Shown here piece by piece: positions 58,137 through 64,000 of a stretch of DNA of 64,000 bases; positions within the stretch are counted from its first letter, which is position 1; each line of letters begins with the position of its first letter. This stretch comes from Candidatus Latescibacterota bacterium (lineage in GTDB: Bacteria; Latescibacterota; UBA2968; UBA8231). The stretch spans positions 5,760,001 through 5,824,000 of the forward strand of contig CBDETY010000003.1 of NCBI GenBank assembly GCA_965243025.1. The letters run 5' to 3'. The notes beneath the pieces are model-generated. The model did not search any database, was not told where the DNA came from, and saw only the letters and a program-made list of their open reading frames with translations. The translations under genes and the position numbers were made by a program.

Positions 58137-59483
58137 ATGCCAAGCCTCAGAGAGACAGATCCGGCGGTCGCCGGCATCCTCGACGCCGAGAACCGCCGCC
58201 AGCACCGGAAAATCCGCCTGATTCCATCGGAGAACTACAGCAGCCGGGCGGTGCTCGAGGCGACCGGTTCGATCCTGACCAACAAGTACTCCGAAGGGTA
58301 TGCCGGAGACCGCTACTACGAGGGACAGCAGCAGATCGACCGCATCGAGGAGCTGTGCGTGCAGCGGGCGAGGGAGCTGTTCGGGGCGGATCACGTAAAC
58401 GTCCAGCCGTACTCGGGATCGCCCGCCAACCAGGCGGTCTACGTCGCCTTCGCAAAACCGGGGGAGAAGGTCATGGGTATGTCGCTGGCTCACGGAGGCC
58501 ACCTGACGCACGGGGCGGAGGTCAGCGTCTCGGGCCGGTTTTACGAATCGGTGGCCTACGGGGTCGATCCCGGGAGCGGCCGGCTCGATTACGATGAAAT
58601 CGGCGACCTGGCGCAGCGCCACCGGCCCAAACTCCTGTTCTGCGGCGCCACGGCCTATCCGCGCGTCATCGATTTCGAGCGTTTTGCCGGGATCGGCCGG
58701 GAGGCCGGCGCTATCGTGGTGGCAGACATCGCCCACATCTCCGGCCTCGTTGCCGCCGGCGTCCATCCCAGTCCGGTGCCCCATGTGGACATCGTTACGA
58801 CGACGACCCACAAGACCCTGCGAGGCCCGAGAGGGGGCATGATCATGTGCCGCGCCGAATACGCCGAGGCGGTCGACAAGGCGGTGTTTCCAGGGTTGCA
58901 GGGCGGCCCCCACAACCACGCGACCGCGGCGATCGCGGTGGCGCTGAAAGAGGCGGCATCCGGAGAATTCCGGGAGTATGCTGCGCGGGTCGTCAGCAAT
59001 GCGAAAATCCTTGCGGATGCGCTGAGCGCGCGCGGCTTCGACCTGGTCTCCGGAGGTACCGACAATCACCTGCTGCTGATCGACGTCACCAACAAGGGGA
59101 TCACCGGCCACCAGATGGCCAGGGCCCTCGACGCAGCCGGAATCGTCTGCAACCGCAACCTGGTGCCTGGAGACCGGCGGCCTGCCCGCCGCCCCAGCGG
59201 CATCCGCATAGGCACGCCGGCGATCACCAGCAGGGGCTTCGGTGACCGGGAGATGGTGCAGCTGGCGGACTGGATGCAGCAGGTGGCGGCCGCCAGGGCG
59301 GACGACGCCCTCGACCTCGAGGGGCGCCGGAGATTCTACAGGGAGATCGCCGGGCAGGTGAAGGAGCTGTGCGACCGCTTTCCGGCGCCCGGTCTGGACT
59401 ACCCGGCAGGCGGGTTGCAGGAAGCCCGCCGTCGCCCGGATACCCCCGACAGCGCCCATTTCCCGAAGCAGCGAGACCCATGA
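58137..59483 (+). CDS. glyA: Serine hydroxymethyltransferase
   Basis: LIPSENY, TNKYSEGY, NVQPYSGS, HGGHLTHG, TTTHKTLRGPRGG, FPGLQGGP, SGIRIGTPA. Confidence 0.97.
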   Translation: MPSLRETDPAVAGILDAENRRQHRKIRLIPSENYSSRAVLEATGSILTNKYSEGYAGDRYYEGQQQIDRIEELCVQRARELFGADHVNVQPYSGSPANQAVYVAFAKPGEKVMGMSLAHGGHLTHGAEVSVSGRFYESVAYGVDPGSGRLDYDEIGDLAQRHRPKLLFCGATAYPRVIDFERFAGIGREAGAIVVADIAHISGLVAAGVHPSPVPHVDIVTTTTHKTLRGPRGGMIMCRAEYAEAVDKAVFPGLQGGPHNHATAAIAVALKEAASGEFREYAARVVSNAKILADALSARGFDLVSGGTDNHLLLIDVTNKGITGHQMARALDAAGIVCNRNLVPGDRRPARRPSGIRIGTPAITSRGFGDREMVQLADWMQQVAAARADDALDLEGRRRFYREIAGQVKELCDRFPAPGLDYPAGGLQEARRRPDTPDSAHFPKQRDP

Positions 59484-60691
59484 ACGAGCGAGGAAACGTC
59501 TACTCCCGGCTGGGAGTGCGCACCATCATCAATGCCTCGGGGCCGTCGACGCGCCTCAGTGGCTCGATCATGCCTCCCGAGGTCGCCGCGGCGATGAGCG
59601 AGGCATCCCGGTTCTGTGTGGATATCGCCGAGCTTCAGGGGCGGGCATGCGAGAGGATCGCCGCAGTCACCGGGGCGGAGGCGGGTTACGTGACCAGCGG
59701 CGCAGCCGCCGGGCTGCTGCTCGGCACCGCGGCCTGCGTTACCGGTCTCGACCCGGACAGGATGAACCGCCTGCCCGACACGGCCGGCATGCGCAACGAA
59801 GTGATCATGGCGCGCAGCCACCGCAACTTCTACGACCACGCGATTCGCACGACAGGAATACGCCTGGTGGAGGTGGGAATTTCCGACCGCTTCAGCGGCG
59901 CCGGGGTCCGCGACGCGGAACCCTGGGAGATCGAGGCGGCGATCAACGACAGGACCGCGGCGATCTGCTACGTCGCGTACAGCCACACGCAACCGCCGCT
60001 GCCCGAGGTCGTCGCCGTTGCGCGTGCCGCAGAGATCCCGGTCATCGTCGACGCGGCGGGTCAGCTGCCTCCTGCCGATAACCTGAAGCGCTTCATATCC
60101 GAGGGGGCCGACCTCGTGGCCTTCAGCGGGGGCAAGGCGATCCGGGGTCCGCAGAGTTCGGGCATACTGTGCGGCCGCCGCGACCTCGTTCAGGCCGCGG
60201 CCCTGCAGCACCTCGATCTCGACGTCTACTGGGAGCAGTGGAATCCCCCGGCTGTCCTGATCGACAAGGAGCGCCTGCCCGGGGCCCCCCATCACGGCAT
60301 CGGCCGTCCCTGCAAGGTGGGCAAGGAAGAGATCGTCGGACTGCTGACGGCGCTGGACCTGTTCGTCGAAGAGGATGGATCAGAACGCCGGAAGCGCTGG
60401 TTGGACCTGATGCATTCGCTGCGGGAATCGCTCGCCGGCCTGCCGTGGTGCGAGGCCCTGCTCGTCGACGATCCGAAGCGTTCGGAGATCCCGGTGGTGC
60501 ACCTGAAACTGGACGAAGCCGGTATCGGAAAGACCGCGATGCAGGTGGTCTGCGAGCTGCAGGAGGGGGATCCGGCCATTCACGCCAACCCGTCCCATGT
60601 TCGCGACGGCATCGTCGCCTTCGGCCCGCTCTGCCTGAAGGAGGAGGAAGTGGGCAGGATCGCCCCGCAGCTTGCCCGGATCATCGGCTAG
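59480..60691 (+). CDS. SelA-like / DgaE-like PLP-dependent enzyme
   Basis: LGVRTIINASG, VTSGAAAGL, IVDAAG, FSGGKAIRGPQSSG, IGRPCKVGKEEI; ATGA overlap with glyA. Confidence 0.85.
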   Translation: MNERGNVYSRLGVRTIINASGPSTRLSGSIMPPEVAAAMSEASRFCVDIAELQGRACERIAAVTGAEAGYVTSGAAAGLLLGTAACVTGLDPDRMNRLPDTAGMRNEVIMARSHRNFYDHAIRTTGIRLVEVGISDRFSGAGVRDAEPWEIEAAINDRTAAICYVAYSHTQPPLPEVVAVARAAEIPVIVDAAGQLPPADNLKRFISEGADLVAFSGGKAIRGPQSSGILCGRRDLVQAAALQHLDLDVYWEQWNPPAVLIDKERLPGAPHHGIGRPCKVGKEEIVGLLTALDLFVEEDGSERRKRWLDLMHSLRESLAGLPWCEALLVDDPKRSEIPVVHLKLDEAGIGKTAMQVVCELQEGDPAIHANPSHVRDGIVAFGPLCLKEEEVGRIAPQLARIIG

Positions 60692-60738
60692 CTGCACCAG
60701 CGGAAGTCGCAAACCAGGGCCCGCCCGCAGGCCGGATT

Positions 60739-61278
60739 TCACCCGGCCCCGTATCTCTCCAGCACTTCCCCCCACGTCCCCTGCGCCTTCATCAACAGCT
60801 CGATCACCTCCCTGATCGCCCCGCTGCCCCCCGGCGTAGTGGTTACGTAATCGGCCCGTTCCTTGACTTCCGGACGGGCGTTGGCCACGGCGACCCCAAG
60901 GCCGACCCGGTCGATGAGGGGAATGTCCGGAAGGTCGTCTCCGAGGTATGCGACCTCCTCGTCGGCGACGCCGGCGGCGGCGCAGATCTCCTCGTAGGGA
61001 GGTGTCTTCTCCAGGTGCCCCTGGCGGATGTAGGTGATTCCGAGCATCTGCGCGCGATGGGTCACTCCCGGGGAGTCGCGCCCGCTGATCAGCCCGCTCG
61101 CCAGTCCGGAGGCGTGCGCCCAGCGCAGCGCCATCCCGTCCTGGGCGTGCGACTGCTTGGCCTCGACCATGCCGCCGTCAGGTCCGGGAACGTAGAACAG
61201 GTTTCCGTCGGTCCAGACCCCGTCCACGTCCATGAGCAGCAGGCGGATTCCCGCCGCTTTTTGTTCCGCGTCCTTCAT
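60739..61278 (-). CDS. kdsC: KDO 8-phosphate phosphatase (HAD, YrbI family)
   Basis: LMDVDGVWTDG, QDGMAL, ISGR, YLGDDLPD, GGSGAIREV. Confidence 0.9.
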   Translation of the reverse strand: MKDAEQKAAGIRLLLMDVDGVWTDGNLFYVPGPDGGMVEAKQSHAQDGMALRWAHASGLASGLISGRDSPGVTHRAQMLGITYIRQGHLEKTPPYEEICAAAGVADEEVAYLGDDLPDIPLIDRVGLGVAVANARPEVKERADYVTTTPGGSGAIREVIELLMKAQGTWGEVLERYGAG

Positions 61279-61293
61279 GCCGCCGCCCGGTGG

Positions 61294-62427
61294 TCAGGCA
61301 CGGAGCGGAACCGCTCCGCTCTGCGACTCGATGGCTGCGAGGAGCTTTTCGAAGGGCTCGACGAACAGCCGCACAGCGTCCACCTGGAGCCGGTCGGTCA
61401 CTTCCCTCATCGAGATCCCCGTTTCCTCGACCCTGTCCATGATCCGCTGCGCCTCGTCCAGGTCCTCTTCCAGGGAAGGCCTCACCTCGCCGTGGTCCCT
61501 GAAGGCCGTCAATGTCGCCTCGGGCATGGTGTTTACCGTGTCCGCTCCGACCAGCTCTTCGACGTACATCACGTCGCGGTACTCCGGATTCTTGGTGCTG
61601 GTGCTCGCCCACAGCAACCGCTGCGGTCTGGCCCCCCGAGCCGCCAGGGCGCCCCAGCGTTCCCCGGCGAACAGCTCTCCGTACCGGCGGTAGGCCAGCT
61701 TCGCGTTGGCGACGGCCGCCTTGCCGAGAAGACTTCGCAGTTCCTCCGCTTCGGGGGGCGATGCTCCTTCCAGGCGTTTCTCCAAAAGTCCGTCGACCAT
61801 GGTGTCGATGCGGCTGACGAAGAAGCTCGCGACACTGGCCACGGCTCCCGGGTCGCCGCCGCGGCTCAGGAGCTTTTCAAGACCGGACATGTAGGCCTCG
61901 GCGACCTCGACGTAGTTCCGGCGCGAGAACAGCAGGGTGATGTTGATGTTCAGTCCTTCTCCTACGAGGTGCTCGACGGCCGGCACTCCCTCGGGTGTAC
62001 CGGGGATCTTTATCATCAGGTTCGGGCGGCCCACCGCGGCGGCCAGCCGCAGGGCTTCGTCGATGGAGGCCGGAGTGTCCCCGGCCAGGTGAGGAGAAAC
62101 TTCGAGCGAAATGAAACCGTCGCTGCCTCCGGTCTCTTCGAAAACCGGAAGCAGCAGGTCCGCTCCCCACTGGATGTCCTCGACAGCAATTGTCTCGTAA
62201 ATCTGTAACGGCGACAGTCCCGAAGCCGCCAGATTCCCCAAGGCTCCCTTGTAATGGCTCGACCCGGCGATCGCTTTCTCGAAGATCGCGGGGTTCGAAG
62301 TCACCCCGCGCACGCCGTCTGCGGCGATCAGGCGCTGCAGCTCGCCCGATGTGATCATGCCGCGGCTGATGGTGTCGTACCAGACGCTCTGGCCGCGGCT
62401 TTGGAGGTCCAGCAGTGGGTTCGACAT
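61294..62427 (-). CDS. tal: Transaldolase (long, type 2)
   Basis: GQSVWYD, GVTSNPAIF, SLEVSP, MIKIPGT, NITLLFS, SFFVSRID, LWASTSTK, VNTMP. Confidence 0.95.
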   Translation of the reverse strand: MSNPLLDLQSRGQSVWYDTISRGMITSGELQRLIAADGVRGVTSNPAIFEKAIAGSSHYKGALGNLAASGLSPLQIYETIAVEDIQWGADLLLPVFEETGGSDGFISLEVSPHLAGDTPASIDEALRLAAAVGRPNLMIKIPGTPEGVPAVEHLVGEGLNINITLLFSRRNYVEVAEAYMSGLEKLLSRGGDPGAVASVASFFVSRIDTMVDGLLEKRLEGASPPEAEELRSLLGKAAVANAKLAYRRYGELFAGERWGALAARGARPQRLLWASTSTKNPEYRDVMYVEELVGADTVNTMPEATLTAFRDHGEVRPSLEEDLDEAQRIMDRVEETGISMREVTDRLQVDAVRLFVEPFEKLLAAIESQSGAVPLRA

Positions 62428-62648
62428 TTTCGATCTTCTCCAGGTCGCCCTAAGCACGTCTCACCCGGGTAAGGGGGCTTTTGGCCGAGGGGATTGCTGT
62501 TGTCGGGGTTGGAAATATCCCGCTTGCAGCCCGGGGTCGCAAACGACCCCGGGTCCGGGCGCCGGTCCTTTGCCGGGGGTTTTTCTAACTTTGTCAGCGG
62601 GCGGCCAGCCTGGTTCCCAACGGCGGGGTCGAGCCGTGAGCGCCTTCC

Positions 62649-62678
62649 TTGCCCGGCCCGCCGAATTCGATGTATACT
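62649..62678 (+). promoter_or_regulatory. Candidate sigma-70 promoter
   Basis: TTGCCC-18 bp-TATACT, followed by an A/C-rich leader upstream of ATG 62741. Confidence 0.5.
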
Positions 62679-62740
62679 TACCACAAACAACAACATATGG
62701 ATTTTTCCCCCAACGGTTTCAGGCGGTTCGCGCGGTTGGT

Positions 62741-63976
62741 ATGGCGACGATAATCGACGGTAAGAGACGCATTCCCTTCATGCGGGGAATGCTCGTCCAT
62801 CACCTGATCCAGCTAGGTTTCGACTACGATCAGGCTTACCTGCTTGCCGATGATGTGCGCGCTGCCCTGCGCGAGAAAACGGATGTAGACAAGAAGACGA
62901 TCACCCGGGTCATCCGTCAGCTGCTCTCCACCCATCACCAGGACCAGCCGGTTGGCGACCTCGTTTTCTGGGAACCGCGGCCGATGAGCGTTACCGTCGG
63001 CAGCCGGCCGTTCTCCCGGGAGATGTTGTCCAACTCGATCCAGGCCTCCGGTCTGCCGGCGGATCAGTCATTCCAGATCGCCCGCGACATCGAGACCCAG
63101 CTGATCAACAGCCGCCGCGGCAACATACCGGACGGGGAATTGCAGGTTCTCGCCGCCGACCTGCTCGAGGAACGGCACGGGGTGGACTATGCGGAGCGCT
63201 ACCAGGTCTGGCGGGCGTGGGGCGACCTCGACAAGCCGCTGGTAATCCTCATCGGCGGTGCCAGCGGGGTCGGCAAGACCTCCCTGGCGATCGACCTCGC
63301 CCACTTGCTGAACATACCGCGCGTGGTGGCCACCGACGATATCCGGCAGATCATGCGTCTGACACTGGCGCCCGAATTCATGCCGACGATTCACACCTCC
63401 TCCTATTCCGCGTGGTCCTCCTTGAGGGATTCAGACGTATCCGATGCCGTAATCGAAGGGTATAACGAACAGGCCCGGGTGGTGGCCGTCGGCGTTCAGG
63501 CAATTCTCGCCCGTTGCATCGAGGAAAACAGCAGCGTCATCATCGACGGCGTGCATGTCCTTTCTCCGTACATTGATCTCTCTCCGACCCGGGACACGGC
63601 GTTCGTTGCTCCCTTATGCCTTGCCGTGAGCGACCGAGCTTCGTACGCGGCGCGTTTCGCCAAACGCGCTCTCGAAGCTCCCAAACGGCGCCGCAATCGA
63701 TATCTCGATAACCTCGATCACATCATGCGCATCCAGGAATACCTGGTCGGCCGCTGCGTGCAGGAGGACATTCCGGTGATCGACGCCGAGGCGGTGGAAG
63801 ACGAAACGAGCGCCGCGGTAATGGTGGTCGTAGAGCGGCTGCAGGAGCAGGAGGAGGTGCGGGCAAGGCTGGCGGCAAACGGAAAAAACGGCAAACCTGT
63901 GGGAAAAAAGAAAAAGAGACGAAGGCAAACCGAAGAACGGTCTTCAAGGCCTCAACACGGGAAAGTGAGGGCGTAA
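62741..63976 (+). CDS. 2-phosphoglycerate kinase-like protein (tandem ATP-cone-like domains + P-loop)
   Basis: Repeated PFMRGML / PFSREML ATP-cone starts; PLVILIGGASGVGKTS, ATDDIRQIMR, IHTSSY, IIDGVH, IMRIQEYL. Confidence 0.8.
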   Translation: MATIIDGKRRIPFMRGMLVHHLIQLGFDYDQAYLLADDVRAALREKTDVDKKTITRVIRQLLSTHHQDQPVGDLVFWEPRPMSVTVGSRPFSREMLSNSIQASGLPADQSFQIARDIETQLINSRRGNIPDGELQVLAADLLEERHGVDYAERYQVWRAWGDLDKPLVILIGGASGVGKTSLAIDLAHLLNIPRVVATDDIRQIMRLTLAPEFMPTIHTSSYSAWSSLRDSDVSDAVIEGYNEQARVVAVGVQAILARCIEENSSVIIDGVHVLSPYIDLSPTRDTAFVAPLCLAVSDRASYAARFAKRALEAPKRRRNRYLDNLDHIMRIQEYLVGRCVQEDIPVIDAEAVEDETSAAVMVVVERLQEQEEVRARLAANGKNGKPVGKKKKRRRQTEERSSRPQHGKVRA

Positions 63977-64000
63977 GATGCTTGGAAGGAAAGAGAACGG

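Noticed and set aside
59480-60691. True selenocysteine synthase selA
   Set aside because: Lacks the SelA N-terminal domain and typical motifs; no selB/selC nearby.

Overview
GC-rich bacterial chromosomal window with no transposase, integrase, phage or cas genes. By inference it comes from a diderm, probably an FCB-superphylum candidate lineage (Latescibacterota-like): it has kdsC, a group II GGGP synthase, a large Alu-type SRP RNA and a C-terminal TTWGxxK motif. About 1-39 kb is mostly a + strand housekeeping run: ruvAB-tsaB-rimI, sugar ABC ATPase, holB, rsmA, ilvE, peptide ABC transporter, lysA (- strand), carbamoyltransferase, tadA, 3 tRNAs, ffs, dnaX-recR-pgsA-pgpA-recA-recX-alaS-GGGPS-ptsHI-metK, clpB-degP. 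The most unusual part is 44.96-52.33 kb. A putative ~580-nt leader holds a hairpin, an 18-aa leader ORF running into an intrinsic terminator, and six tandem 71-bp repeats. Each repeat carries a Shine-Dalgarno and the first 13 codons of the downstream gene. Copies 3-5 form a chain of 25-aa mini-ORFs whose stop codons overlap the next start, and the chain ends on the ATG of a 2228-aa Ig-repeat autotransporter adhesin. Downstream lie a temptin-like CxxCH secreted protein, a split Tm-1-like (UPF0261-cupin-TIM barrel) operon, a eukaryote-type xylulokinase, glyA plus a SelA-like PLP enzyme, tal-kdsC and an archaeal-type 2-phosphoglycerate kinase-like gene. All product calls come from motif recognition by eye; no database search was run.
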